A DNA stretch of 64,000 nucleotides from the NCBI GenBank assembly GCA_013265495.1, contig MU062019.1, positions 372,001 to 436,000 on the forward strand. Reading direction: 5' to 3'. The position numbers were made by a program, and so were the translations under genes. Numbering within the stretch: position 1 is the first letter of the stretch; each line of letters begins with the position of its first letter. Shown here one piece after another: positions 24,773 through 42,584 of the stretch. The notes beneath the pieces are model-generated. The model was not told where the DNA came from and did not search any database. It saw only the letters and a program-made list of their open reading frames with translations. The DNA is from Vicugna vicugna (Eukaryota).

Positions 24773-26679
24773 GCTTCACCTTCTGTTAAGTGTTCAACCA
24801 GGGCTGAGAATCAGGGGGAGTTAGAAACAGTGTGTGTTCATGCTGTGGGGACACCGGGCGCTGTGAGGCGCTGCCCCACAATGTGCGGCCCCGCACTTGG
24901 AAACCACCCTCCTAATAAAACCCTGCACTGCCTTTGTCTCCTCTAGCCTCTGCTTCCCCACGGTCCCCCCGTCAGGAGGGCTGTCCCTGCAGCACGCTCG
25001 GTGCGGGGGAGGGCTGGCCTGAGGGTCTTTAACAGTGGCCAGGCCCTCTGGCGGGACAGTAGCACACCCACAGATAAAGCCGCGTCCCCAGTTGCAGCCA
25101 GCACTCGCACCCCCGCAGAATCTTTCACTTCCCTGCCTCCAGCCCTGGCTGGTCTGCCCAGCCTTCCCTGACAGCCCTGCTGAGATCCAGCTAACATTCA
25201 CCGGAGGAGCTCAGAAAATGACCTTCCAGACCAAGATGCTGGGCGGGGGCGGCCCTGGGGGCTACCGGCTTCCTTCTAGGGGGAGGTGGGGAAGGGCTCT
25301 TTCCCAGGTAACAGGCGAGGAGTCACTCCAGGTGGAGGCACTTTAACGCCAGTGCTAGACCCTCCGCTCGCCTCTCCACCCCCTCGTGGGGACACCAAAG
25401 ATCTGCTGAGCTGAACCCCCGCCCCACAGCGCCCCAGAGTGAACCACTGAACACGCAGCATAGCTTGAACTGAGGTGGGAACAGATTCTGTTCTTGCAGA
25501 AAACTGAATGGTTGTCAGACTATGCAGAAGAATCCTGCCACCCCGTCTAAGCTGGACACGGACGAGGTCTGCCTGACCTTGGAGCAGATGGGTCAGGCTA
25601 GTCAGGCCCCGACACGCTCGCGCTCTGGGCTGTAGGCCGCTGGCCATGCAGGCCTTCCCTGTGCGGGGGGCCGTGGGTCACCTCCTGGCCTGCAGTCCCG
25701 CACAGCTGTCAGTTCTGCCAAGACAGGCCCGACTCACATCTGGCCCAACCCTGGGGGCTCCGCTGGGACCCGCAGGCTGGCACCCTTCCCACAGAGAGGG
25801 AGTAAGTCACCCTCACCCACGGGCTTCGCTGACCGACCCGCCACTGCATGCTCTGAGGAAGGGAGGCGGGGACACAGGGCTCCTGCAGCCCCGGGCTCCC
25901 AGGACGGAGGGGCCTGCCCGGGCCGCCTGCTGCCCACTGGTCGGCTCCTGCAGGGACGCTGCCCCGTGCTGCACCTTAAGTCTGACAGTCACGGGCCCAC
26001 AACACTTACCTGCATCAGGAACACACAAGGCAAGCTGGAGTAACACTAAAGGAGGCTGCTGAGAAAGTGCAGAAAATGCAGCAATGTTCAGCGCCTCCAA
26101 GTTCAAAAGGCAGCGTCTGGAGCTTCCCTGAGCTTCCCTGTGCCTCCTCAGGTGGCAGTTCTGACCGAGGTCTGCAGCGTGTGGACCCTGCATCTCTGCA
26201 GCCTGGCACACACAACTCCCCCAACGGGACCAGCGAGCTCACGACGTGGACCTTGGCCTGGACCTCTGGGACGTGCAGGGGGGCAGACTCCCCAGCTCAG
26301 GGCAAGGCCCTGCTCTGCCATCCTGGGCGGCCTGGACAGCCCACGACAGTCACAGACCGGCTTCCAGACCATGCAGAGGGACCAAGGCCTGCTCGTGACC
26401 CGCAGAGTGAGGACGTGACCCGCTACCATCGTCACCTGGCACCGACTCACTTGGTGTCAACACTCTTTACTCCCAGAGTCATCCTTCCGGGCGGGACGCA
26501 CAAATCCAAAGGGGCTGAGCCTCTTGGAGCTGAGGAGGACCCGCCAGCCTGGATGCTGAAGGATTCCTCCCTAAAAAGCAACAACTTTTCATTCCTTTCC
26601 ATTACGTTTTCTGAAAGTATCCGACGCGTAACCCGGGACCCTCTGTGTGTTCACAAGGAAAGAAGTGCAGTGTTTGTAC

Positions 26680-26685
26680 TTTATT
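26680..26685 (-). terminator. Likely AFG3L2 polyadenylation signal
   Basis: tttatt on + (AATAAA on -), about 430 nt past the stop codon. Confidence 0.65.
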
Positions 26686-27113
26686 TTTGACATAAAGAAG
26701 CTGTATTTACATAATACATTCATTTTTTAAATATGTTACACTCTCCGTAGAAAAACATTCTATCGCAAAAGAGCAACATGTGATCTGGACTCAATCTCTA
26801 AAATATTAAATCAAATGAAAATACTCTATCAGGACTCCAGTTTAATTTCACAGCCATCACAGAGGGAGACCCTGAAGGAGTGAAGAGGGGTGAGGTGAGA
26901 ATAAGGCCCCCCGAATCCGGCCCCAACAGGGGCACGGGACCCGCTAACCCAGCCGCTGCCCGAGAGCCCGAGGCGGGGCACGTCCCCCGCCCCCAACTTC
27001 CCTGTCACCTGGGCTGCAGCCGACTGACATGACGTCGCAGGGCCTCCTGCGAGCCGGCGCTGACATCGTGTGCACACCGAGGCTGCGACACAAGACGCGC
27101 CACAACGCCCCCC

Positions 27114-27452
<339 letters not shown>

Positions 27453-28299
27453 CTATTCATGGCCACACAGTGTTAGAATGAGGTGTGCAAGAACACTGGA
27501 CTAACACGCATTCCGGGCCGCACATGAGTGACGGCAGGGCTCGCGCAGGGCTGTGCCCAGGGAGGAGAGCCGGCCGAGGGGCTCTCTGTGCTGACAGACC
27601 ATGCGGAAATTCTGGGAGGACGCACAAGGTCGTAACACAAGTGTCGGGTGGGGGAAGGATGGAAATGGGGTGAGTAGGAAATTCTAGAAGTTGGTGGAAA
27701 AAATAAGGACAAATGAGGCAGAGACACAAAACACAGCAGGAGGGGAGCAGGAACACTCGCACCCTGAGGTTCTGATCTCCGGGGAGGCTGAGCCACAAAT
27801 CTGACAGGGACCCCCGCCAACGGCGAGTGTGGAGGTGACTGGCAGCGTCAGCAGGGCAGGGTGGTCACATTAGAGCTCTGACTGCTAGCAGGCAGGTGAA
27901 GTTGTAAACTCTCAGGAAGCAGACTTGGTTCCTCCCGTAAACCCCCGCGGAGAAATTTATCTTGCCTGTAGTCTACATTAAATGCTGTATTTTAAAAGAT
28001 AGCTAATGATAAAACAATTCCTTTCTATCTTCTCAATTTTTAAAACCTTTATTATGGATTACTTCAAATACGTACCAAAAACATACAGAAAGAATACGGA
28101 TAACTAACAAGAACTAGCCACTCACAGCCATCTGTGTTTCATCTACTCCCCGGATTGTTCTGAAGAAAATCCCAGATGCCTTATCATTTTATCCGTAAGT
28201 TTTTGTCTCTAAGGGATAAAGACTCTTTAAGGCCTGGTCAGAGGTCAACGGCCAGTCCGCATCCTGGTCCCGCCCCTTCCAGCCAAGTGCCCCTGCGCA

Positions 28300-28375
28300 A
28301 AGCTCCTAGACCTCCCTGGGTGTTCGTTTCTTCACCTGTAATTCGTGGACGGTAAGGCAGTGACCTCAGGAGGCT
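28300..28375 (+). mobile_element. MIR fragment
   Basis: gacctccctgggtgttcgtttcttcacctgtaa resembles the MIR core. Confidence 0.4.
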
Positions 28376-29061
28376 GCGGGGGTTTCAGAGAAGTCGTATC
28401 TCTCAGGCGGCACCTGGGAAACACGCTCGGTTACCTGCTCTCCTGAGGCCTGGCCCGAGGCCACCCTGCCCAACTGTCTCCTGCAGACGTTTCCTGGTTG
28501 TCTGCCGGTGGGCTGTGCCTTCGGAAGGGGGGACCCCGGGTTAAGCGGGGAGCTCCCGGGTGCTCCTGCGCCCTCTGCTGTGGTCCGCAGCTCACTCCCT
28601 CCTCAGTGACCGGCCCAGGGCGGCCGCCTGCCCCCTCCAGCTGCAGGTGCCCCTGCCTGTCCTGACTGACCCTTTCCTCCCGGCCGGCCGGTGTCCGCCA
28701 CCAGGAGGAGCCTGAAGTCACCCCGAGGCCTCTTCTTGTTTACTCTCTGCATCTGAGCAATGACCCTCTACCTGTCGCTGCTGCCTGGCCGGGCCTGCCT
28801 CGAAGCTCATGAGAGTTTCAAGCATTAAAAAAAGCAAAAACCTGTTTTCGGTTGTTCGGATTATAATTAGGCTTCACTAGACGCAGGAAAAGGACCAGAT
28901 GAGAAAGGACGGCTCCCTTCAGCAGCTGCTGTCAAATGAGGCCCCAGGAAGGAAAAGACAGAGCAGGGAGGGCGTCGTGAGAGCACAGGTGGTTTTCACG
29001 TGTCGACTCCTGCTGAGCTAGGCTGGCTGGTTCTTCTGGTTGCCCTTTGGCTGCGTCTTCA

Positions 29062-29805
<744 letters not shown>

Positions 29806-30563
29806 CTAGCCCCACATTAAGAAGCTTCTGGGAGTAGAATCCAAACTAACTAGAAAAGAGAAGGTGCAGATAAAAGTGGGGAGCAGGACGGGCTGAGAGA
29901 GGAGGAAACCACGCTTTTCAAACGTTTAGGAGAACAACAGAAAAGGAGAATCTACAACCGTGAAACTAGCAAAGCTGTCCTGACCCACCTCCTTCCCAAG
30001 AGACCAGGAAAGCAAACTGCACGTAGAAACAGGCTACAGGAGAGCATGAAAGGAAAGGAAGGGCCAGAGTCCCGTCTCCACAGATGAGGCAAGTGGGACG
30101 GACAGACGCCCGCGGAACAGATGAGAGCCCTAACCACAGCCTCGGAAACACCCACTCACGCCCGGAAAGTGAGGAAAAAGCAGAGAACTAGTCAGGATCA
30201 GAGAAACGCACCCGAGGTGCCAGATGGCAGGAGAGTTAGACACAAGGAAAAATACTGAAAAGTGGAGATTAAAGTAGAAAGAACATAAGCAAACAACAGA
30301 TAACGTGTAAGAAAGATAAAACAGGAAGAAGACAAATTTTTAAGAATTAAAAAAGTGAGTCATTAGAAAAAACGTGAGCGGACAGGCCCTGAGCAGCGCA
30401 GGTCCCAGCAGAGTCCCCACGAGGTCTGCCCGGGGCCGCGTGCGGCGCGGAGGCACTTAGCGAGGACGGCAGGGGCAGGCACAGCAGAGTGCACGGGGCA
30501 CCTGCCGGCTTCTAACGGGACCGACACCACACACGGGCTTCACTCGTGCTCGGTCAGAAATCA

Positions 30564-31112
<549 letters not shown>

Positions 31113-31529
31113 TCACACTCAGCTGAACCGTCCCTCCCCATGACCTGACCGCCAGCCCCACCCACGCCTGCTCCCAGGACGCAGACTCTGGCCAGCAGGC
31201 TTCATTTTCTAGTCCTCTTTTCCCAGCTTAATTCCTTTCACCTCTAAAAATCGCCTTTGCTGGGGGATGGTGTATACGTGACAAAACACGGCCCTTACGA
31301 CAAGAAAGACAAAGAAAACCTCGTCTTCTCCCCAGAGCCGCCCCCCGGGCTGACCTGCACGCGCGCCCGCCCCGTCAGCAGCAGACGTGCCCCGGGGGCG
31401 GCCGCAGTGACCAGCATGGCACGTGAACGGCCTCCCGCGGCGTGCGCCTCCCCGGGCCTGGTCCTGGCCGCCGTCCCCGAGACTCGCCCTCGCTGCTGCT
31501 AAGTGAACGTCCGTTCACTCTGACTGCTG

Positions 31530-31770
31530 CACGGCGACCCGCTGTGCAGACACAGCACATGCTCACTGTTCTGGAGGAACTTCAGGGCTTTTCCCAGTTT
31601 ACTGCTGCTTTGAATAGAGCAGTCAGTCTTTCGTGGACATGCTTTTCATTTCTCTTGGGTAAATACCAGAGTGGGACCGTTTGGTTGGATCAGAAGCATT
31701 CGTTATCTTTCTAAAAAACTGCCACGGTATTTTCCAAAGTGGCCGCACCAGGTTCCGTCCCATTAGCGAG
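31530..31770 (-). mobile_element. Old LINE-1 (L1M-type) fragment
   Basis: tttcatttctcttgggtaaataccagagtggg...aaactgccacggtattttccaaagtggc is a typical antisense L1 ORF2/3' phrase. Confidence 0.65.
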
Positions 31771-31977
31771 GCCCATGAGTCTGGCTGCACTGAGGGGGCT
31801 GCAGTAGTGCCTGGTCACGGCTGACGACTCCAGCAGCAGTAACTGCAGGGCCTAACTCATGTTCCTCCTCCTTGCGGCAGTACATGGGCAAACACCTTGC
31901 CTGCTATTTTAGAGGTTGCTTGCTTTGGAGGATGAATGCTCCTCCACCTTCTGGACACTGTCTTTCCAAACCTTTTA

Positions 31978-32265
<288 letters not shown>

Positions 32266-33346
32266 TTAGTGGCAGTGACGTCAAGAGCGGGTTCCACGCT
32301 ACCGCACGCTGCCTCACCCGTGACGTGACACGGAGACTCGCAGCCAGGGTCCGAGCAGGAGCGCAGCGTCAACGTGAAGCCACCCCCCACCCCGCAGCCC
32401 GCTTTCCTCTTACTCTCCCAGTCCCGGGCCACTTAGCTCACTCTGGGAAATAAATAGAACGGCCAAGTAAAATTCAGCGCTCAGGTCGATTCAAAACAGA
32501 ACTCATAGAAAACAAAGGCATGGTCTGGGCATCGGGAATTTACACACACTGGGGAACAAGGACCCCGAGGAAGGAGCGGGGCTGGGGAAGGGCTGGAGAC
32601 GCCCGCCCGGAGCGGCCCCGGGACCCGCTGCCCCAGCGCAGCGGCCTGAGACGACACGCTCGCCTGCATCACTCGGAGTTGGAGGACCCCGTCCTGTAGT
32701 TTGTTCCAACACAAATCACACGCGAGACAATGGTGTTCCTGTGCTCCAGGTAACTCATGTGGGAGAAGCCCTCCACTGGTAACACACTAAGGAGTCCAGA
32801 AGAGCGAGTGCCACGTCTCGGCCGGCCTCCGTCTGCCATTGCTCGGTAAGGAGCACGGGGTTCTCTGCCTGCAGCTGCCTCCCTCCTCCTCAGAGGTGCA
32901 CATCCCGAAACTACCACTTGTCTCAGCATCACGGCACTCGGCGGCTCGGGGACCCGTGCTAGGTCAGTCTCGCCACGGAACCACGTTTCATAAGCCCTTA
33001 AGCTTAACATTCAAGGCTCTGTAAAACCTAGAGTCAGATGAGCTTTCTCAGCTTTGTCTCTGCCTCACTTCCCAGGGGGACCCGAGTCTGACGAGTCTGC
33101 CCTCCTCCCCCGGGCGCGGCGTCACAGTGCCACCTCCAAGCCGCTTCTGTCCCCGCCGCCCCACACCACACCGCTCTCTGCCGACCCTGGGCGAGCCCCG
33201 CTCCCGCGGAGCCCGCCGGCCCACGTTCCTGACCCACAGTGACCTCTGCACCGGTATTAAACCATCCGCGCTCTGGGAAGCGAGGAACCCGCCACAGGCA
33301 CACGCTGAGTGTGTCCTGGTCCCACAGCTGCTACGGCTACTGGTCA

Positions 33347-33838
<492 letters not shown>

Positions 33839-34382
33839 TCAGTGTGGCTCAGTGGCATCGTGACCGTCCTGAGCCGCTCCAGGTGCAGGGCCCGCCCGGC
33901 ACAATCCTGGCCCTGTGGACTGAGCTGCGAGCATGCACGGTGGACGGACCCCACAGGAGCCGTCTACCTGGACAGACGGTGTGGACCATGTGCCAGCAGG
34001 ACGGCACTGAAGGTGCCCGTCAGGGGGCTCAGCGCCGCCGCGGGGACTGACTGGCGCGGACACGCGGGGATACGGTGGGAAGAAGCATCACAGGGACCCA
34101 GCGCCTCAGTCACACAGCAGAGGTCGGCTGTGGGAAGCCCGCCAAGTGCTCTCTAGACCCTTCAGTCCCTGTGTGTTACCCTTTCACATAAAGCCACAAC
34201 ACAATGTGCTCAGTTATCACGAAAAGTCAGGCCCCCGGGACACTGCAGGTGCCTGTGCCCATGGATACATCTTCCCAGACGCTCCGGATGGTCCTTTTTA
34301 TTTCACATCAAGGGTGGAAGGAGGGAGACAGCGAATGAGAAAGGAAGCATCCCACCCGGCGAGGAGAACGGGGCTGCGCTCA

Positions 34383-34529
<147 letters not shown>

Positions 34530-34571
34530 TCAGGAAAATAAATCACAGTGAAGCAGTGACACCTCTCCTCA

Positions 34572-34859
<288 letters not shown>

Positions 34860-35615
34860 CTACTCACCTTGTCCTTCCTGACAAGTCACACATAAGACTC
34901 AGAGCCTTAAGGATCAGTTACTAACCAATTATGAAAGACAAATTACTAAAGATTTTAATTTATGTAACAAGAGACTTGGATGATGATGTCAATTTTACAA
35001 CTTCAAAGGTTTACAATCACTAAGATTAAATCTGCAAAGGTCGAGTCTAGGCTTCCTGGGCTGCAGGACCCCTGCCGGCATCTGCAGGCAGGTCCCCAAC
35101 CTGCCCCTCCCTGCCCTCCCCTCCAGGCCCAGCTCCCTCCACCTGACCGGCTGTTTCTCAGACGGCAGCACAGCCCGCGGCCCCAGGACCCTGGCCCTGA
35201 AGGGGCCCCAGGGTGGGCTGTGCTGTGCACCAGGCCTAGGAGCCAAGAAGGGGCTCCAGCTTCTTGGGCCTGACCCCAAGCCTGGCTCAGGAAGGCAGGC
35301 AGCTCTGTGCCCGGCAGCATCCACGCAGCTCACAGCAGGGAGGACCCTGCCCGCCCCAGAACTCTCTCGCAACAGGAAAGCTCGTTAATGCAGTACAGCG
35401 TTCACAATCCGCCTGAGTCACAGGTGGTCTGAGAATGACACTAATTCTGAGGACTGGGGCTGACACTGTCCCCGAAGGGACACACGTCACCAGTTTTCCT
35501 TACTCAGCACCAGGTTCTCACACTAGATCACCGTCAGTGTGAGCGACGGCAGGCCGCCAGGCAGGACGGTCCTGCTGTTCTCTGCACGGGCCTTTAGAAG
35601 GGGCTGCTTGTGTCA

Positions 35616-36029
<414 letters not shown>

Positions 36030-37149
36030 TCACCAATTATTGTTACATAATGAGCCACACACATCAGCAGATTCACAGCACACACCTCTGTCCAACAAAA
36101 GGTAACAGTGCACAACTGTCCAGTTTACACCCGTTTTCAGTCTGGTCGCAGCAAACCCCTCCGGGTCCCCTTGGTGCCCGAGGCAGTCAACAAAGCAGAC
36201 ACTTACCCCAGCCCAGCCCCGTGTACACACAGCAGAGGCACGGCCCCCCCCCCCACCGCCCACCTCCCGCCCCGCGGAGCAGGCCTCAGCTGCCCCATCA
36301 CCCGCCCTCGAGAGACTCAGAGACACACCCCGAGGCCTGGTCTCCCGTCACTTTCCTCAGAGTCCACTCGCCCCACTACCCTCTCCGGCCTGGGTCCTGG
36401 GTTTCCGCCCCACGTGGCTGTGAACCGGCCCCCTCACGATGGAGCCCAGCACCCGGCACCCCTCCCTGAGCTCCACACCTGCGATCGACCCCCCAGCCCG
36501 TCCCTGGACACTGTCCTCACCTCACCTGACCCGAAACTGGCTGCCCCGCTGAGCTCTCCACCTGAAGGGGTTCCTAGCCCTCCCTCCAGGCTAGCTGCAG
36601 CTGGGGTCCACCTCACACCCCATCCCTACCTCGGACCCCGCCAGCTGGGGCTCCCCGCATGGCATCTGCTCTACCCTCTGGCGCCCACGGTTCCAGGCCA
36701 GGAGCTACGTCCTCAGTCCCCTGACCTGCCTCTGCCGTGGCCAGCAAGCCCTCCGACAAGCAGCCTTGAGGGCCTGCTCTGATCACTGTTGCCCGGTGCC
36801 TGCCACAACCCGCTCTCCACCTATGGCCCAGCTCCTGCCCTGCTCACCCAGCCCTGACACCTCCTCTCCTGCCTCCAGCTCCCTCGCCCACGTGAGAGCC
36901 CATGGCCCATCATTACAACACTCGACTGCTCCACAGTCCCCGGTGTTCCAAGGCTTCTGTGCCTCACAAGCCAGGGCTCCACCCGCCCCCAGCACAGCTC
37001 ATCTAAGACCCCCCGAGGATGAGACCATCACCGCCAAGCCTGCCACAACGCAAAGCTCCGCACCGATGCGGCTGTGTCCCGACGCCTGGAGAAGCACCTG
37101 GGACAGCACCTCTGCAGTGCTTTGCAAAGTCCACACCTCAGACACTGGT

Positions 37150-37700
37150 GAGACAAGAGTGAAAACTGAAGTGTTTGGCCCACACTCACACTTCTGATTT
37201 CTGGACTTACTACAGAAACGGGAGTAGAACTGTGGAATTCAAAGTCCAGAAATAAACCCAGGTATCTATCTGTGGTCAAGGCCGCGAAACCATTCAAGGG
37301 AGAAAGAAGGGGCTTTTCAACAAATGGCGCCGGGAAAACTGGGTCCACACGTGTGAAGAGTGAAGTGGACCCTTACCTCACACCATGTTAGCTCAACGTG
37401 GATCACAGATCTGAACGTAAGGGGGGGACTCTAACAGCCGCAGAAGAAAACATAGGAGTACTTAGGCATGACCTTGGGTTTGGCAACTGGTTCTTCAACG
37501 TGGCACTAGAAGCACAAGCATTAAGGGAAACAAAACAGATACACTGGACTGCATCAGAATCTAAACCTTGTATTTTACTATCAAGAAAATGAAGAGACAA
37601 CCCACAGAATGGGAGAAAACACCTGAAACGTTCATCCACCAGCAGTCAGTACCGGGGACATACAAAGAACTTGCACGACTCAGCAACAGCAAATCCACCC
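37150..37700 (+). mobile_element. LINE-1 ORF2 3' fragment, degenerate
   Basis: cttttcaacaaatgg...gggaaaactgg; agaagaaaacataggag; translates IKKMKRQPTEWEK. Confidence 0.8.
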
Positions 37701-37738
37701 GACTAGCCGACTGGGACCGGGGCGGCGGGTCAAAGTCA

Positions 37739-38074
<336 letters not shown>

Positions 38075-39172
38075 CTAGGACTTCAGAAAACTACATCGCG
38101 TATCCATAAATCACTGCAAGGCGTAAGCGTGTCTGCACACTCCAGTGACACACGCTACGTAGCTCTTAACGTGAACGATGGCACAGCACTTCTCGTATGA
38201 GTAAGAAAAGGGTTATCAGAGACTGCTTTGTTTAAAGTAACTTGGCAGGAATGTGAAATCTTAAATACTTCCCTTATTTTATGACATTTTTCGTGTTGCT
38301 TCTTAGACCTTTCAAAGAGTATATAAAGGGTGACTTACGCTACAAACCTAATAAAAGCCACCTGAGAGTTACTTCAATCATTCAAGGGGGAACAAATACC
38401 ACACACACTTCGCTTATTTTCTCCCCTTTGAAATTTCAAATGAAGTAAAAAACCCAACAACCACGGTGAACTCGAGAAGGACAGCACGCGCTTCTCAGAC
38501 ACTGTCATTAACTTTGGCTGTGGAGATGCTGGCGTAAGAGGTAAACGGGTACTCAGACGAGTAACAGCAAATTACAAAGTGACAACACGTGACCTCCCAC
38601 CCTGCAGGCGGGCCAGACCCGGAAGCAAGGAAGTGCCGCCCCCCTCTACAGAGGCTCCTTTGGAGGAGACTCTGATGACGGATCTTTACAAGAATTAGAC
38701 GTTTCCTCCTCGGGTCTTCCCTTCCCGGCTGAGCCTGGCCCCGGGAACGCCAAGGTCTCAGGGCTGCCCGTCGCCAGCGGTGGGCACGGTAGCTCGTGCT
38801 CCCGCCCGTCCTCCCCCGAGCCTGAATGCTGGCCCGGGCAGACGTCTGCACCTGCTGCTGCAGGTGGCAACACGCGGGGGCTGCAGCTGCGGGGACAGGG
38901 GCATGGAGTCACAGAAAGACACACGGCAGCCCGAGGCCGCTTCCAAGGGGAGGTGCACCGATTTTCTGGGCAAACAACAGCACGTGCAGGAACAGAGCAG
39001 TGGCCTGAGCAGACGCTCGGCTTACAGAGACGAGTTATGTCAGGATGGAGGAAGGAGAGAAACAGCTGCTTTATGACAAGTACTCAAACTGCGTAACATT
39101 ATAACTTCAGAGTCAGGAAATCTTCAAAGGATTTTCAGGTTAACAAGCTGCCAATCACCTTCTGAAAGCTCA

Positions 39173-39583
<411 letters not shown>

Positions 39584-40194
39584 TCACCACCACCGGAGCA
39601 GAAGCACAGCGAGTGACACCCAAGAACGGCCACTGTCACCGCCGTGCCAGGCAGGGACTCGCCTCTACCCCAGTAACCTCCACTGCGCCCCGCATGGACC
39701 CGCGGTTCACTCTCATTACATCTGCTTCAGAGAAATCTCTTTCCACGTGCTCTCTTAAAAACTTCAACATGATTCTGGTGTTAACCTGGGTAGAAATTCC
39801 AGTTCTCTTACTAGAATCCCTCAATTTATTCTGAACAGGTATCTTCCAAATGTCCAATCCTCAGTTAACAGCGTACAGTAAAAGCTGTGTCTGTGTGGCC
39901 GGGTGGGCTCACAGGCGCCCCAGGGGACAGGAGTGCCCCCCAACCCCGGGCTGCTCTGGGGGGAGTGGTTCAGGAGGGACCCACAGCCTCTGCCTCCCCT
40001 TTGTTTGTCTTAGTAAAGTTAATTTCAGCACAACTACGGGCGCTGTGTAGTATGATGCAGTACAGTTTAACCCACCCCAAGAACTCTGGATCAGAATCTT
40101 GTACTTGGTTCAGGTGAAAAACAAAACCAAACAAGGAAAAAAAACCCCCACAGGATTAGCTTTCTAATTTTTCATCTATTTTAGTTTAATTATT

Positions 40195-40309
40195 TTGTTT
40201 TGGCGGGGGAGGTAATTAGGTTGGTTTATTTTTAGAGGAGGTACTGGAGACTGAACCCAGGACCCCGTGCGTGCCGAGCATGCGCTCTGCTGCTTGAGCT
40301 ACACCCTCC
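40195..40309 (-). mobile_element. tRNA-derived SINE (camelid-type), GC-rich copy
   Basis: ctgaacccaggacc...ttgagctacaccctcc; same family as 3557-3642. Confidence 0.8.
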
Positions 40310-41197
40310 TCCTGCGTCTATTTAAAATTTTAAACACCGCCACAGCAGGCAGCAGAAACCAGGAGAGAACTACCTTTGGTTTATTTCTGGAGGGAAAAAA
40401 CCCATGCTGACAATAGAGGTTTAAAAAATGCTGCATTACAAAACTTTGTGTGATGTCTCAGCACCAGCCCATTAAGTAAGCGTGACAGCCTCGGGGCTGA
40501 GGACCATGTTGCGTGTGAAGCCATGCCAACGGCTAGGCGGGCCTAACTTCTGCAGGCAGACTGTAGGTCTGCACGAAGCAGGATTCAAGAAGTCCAAGAA
40601 GCTGAGAGAGACTCAGCTCGCTGACTTGCCAGCGATCCATCTTCCTGCTCTTCCACGTGGTGACTACAGCCAGGCCCGCCTGCCCTCTGCACTGAAGGCG
40701 GACGGGGTCACCAGGTCTCCCTGCGTGCGCGCGGCGAGCACCCAGAGGCCAGACGCCCGAGTCAGCTCCAGGTCACCACCCCTGACACCAACGGGCCCTT
40801 CCTGAGAGACCCCGAGCCGACGCGGCCTCCCTGAAGACAGGGGCTACGGGAAGCTGTGGCTCCGACAGGGAGGAGGGGGGCCTGCTTCACTTGCCTTGGA
40901 AGACTGAGCGGCAACGGGGAGGACAGGGAAGGTGGAGGCGCCCCTCTGACCACACAGGGCCCTCGGTGCGAAGGCCCTACTAAAAGATGGTGCACTGAAC
41001 CCGCGCCCCAAACCACTGCTTAATCATGATAAACGTCCACGTGGGGCGGGCCAACCAGACACCTGCCCAAACTCGGGCATTCCTAATGGTTAAAAACCCC
41101 AGCCAAAGGGAGAACATAACATGGACCCGCGGCCACCTGGCGACAGCACACTCGAGACCCTCCCAGAGCAGGGCTCTCGTGTCTCCGCTGCTTCTTA

Positions 41198-41323
<126 letters not shown>

Positions 41324-42467
41324 CTACCAAGACAGGAAGACACAGACGTGCTGACTTTGTCAGGCATGAAGAGGAGATGAACGGTTCCCATCACTAAAAG
41401 GTTCGGCTTTCTAAGAACTTTCCAGAAATACTGAAAATTTACAAATTAGAAAACCCCAACAACATTAAGACTGGCTTCAACGAGGCAGTGATCGCGCCCC
41501 GCTCTGTGAGAGCGCTTGGCGAGCCTCGGCAGGTAACGGCTCTCCAGCAGCGTTCCTCACGCTTCTAAAGTGAGCGACTCAGGGGAATGAAAAATCTACT
41601 GGAAAAGACACCCCTTTTCATAAAAAACATGCATCCTCTTCCTCTTCTCTATTTCCCAGGGATATCTCAGCTGCTGAGCCCCAAACTAAAAACCAACATG
41701 CGGCCGGGGTGGCACCCCTGCAGAGTCAGTGAGGTCCTGGCCCCGGATCCACCGAGACTCACCCGGTCCTCGGAGGAGGTGCCCCACCGGCCGTCAGGGA
41801 AGACACTGCACCCCATGAGACAGAAGCCCCTGGCCGTGCCAGGTGCTCCCTGTTCACTTGACCTGAGGGGCTTCTGGGGCCCTAGGGAGGGACACCAGAA
41901 GGCTTGAGGCGATGGCTGTGTTGGCTGGGTGGGTGATGACTCCACGTGGGCTGGGTGTCAGCCCAACGCCTACCGCCCCTGCTACAGGAGGAAACCATGG
42001 CGTGGCCACACACGCCCACAGCCGCACGTGGAGTGACAGTGCGGGCCAGTGACGACCACCAGCGTCACACTGCCTTTCCAGCACAACCAGGAAACACCTG
42101 TGAAGGGTCACCACACCCTGGACCCTGTTCCGAGCAGCCTGCACTGCACGGCACAGAAAGACTCTGTTTCTCCTCTAATCCACGATCGCTTCACAAAAAT
42201 AGATTTTTTTTATCCAAACAGTAAACCTATGCTATAAAACCCAGGCAGGCAACAGGCCTCCCCAGGGCCCTCCCCAGCCAGGGTTACTGAGCAGGAGCAG
42301 CACCCTGGAGGTGAGGAGCATGTTTCATCACGTCCCGCAGCAGTGGTTCTCGGTGTCGAGGGTCACCCTGCCACACTGCCCCACCTGACCCGTCTCACTA
42401 CCACCACGGGAGGCAATGTCTGTTCAGTTTTAAAGCTGAGGAGGTAACATACAACTAATTCACATCA

Positions 42468-42584
<117 letters not shown>

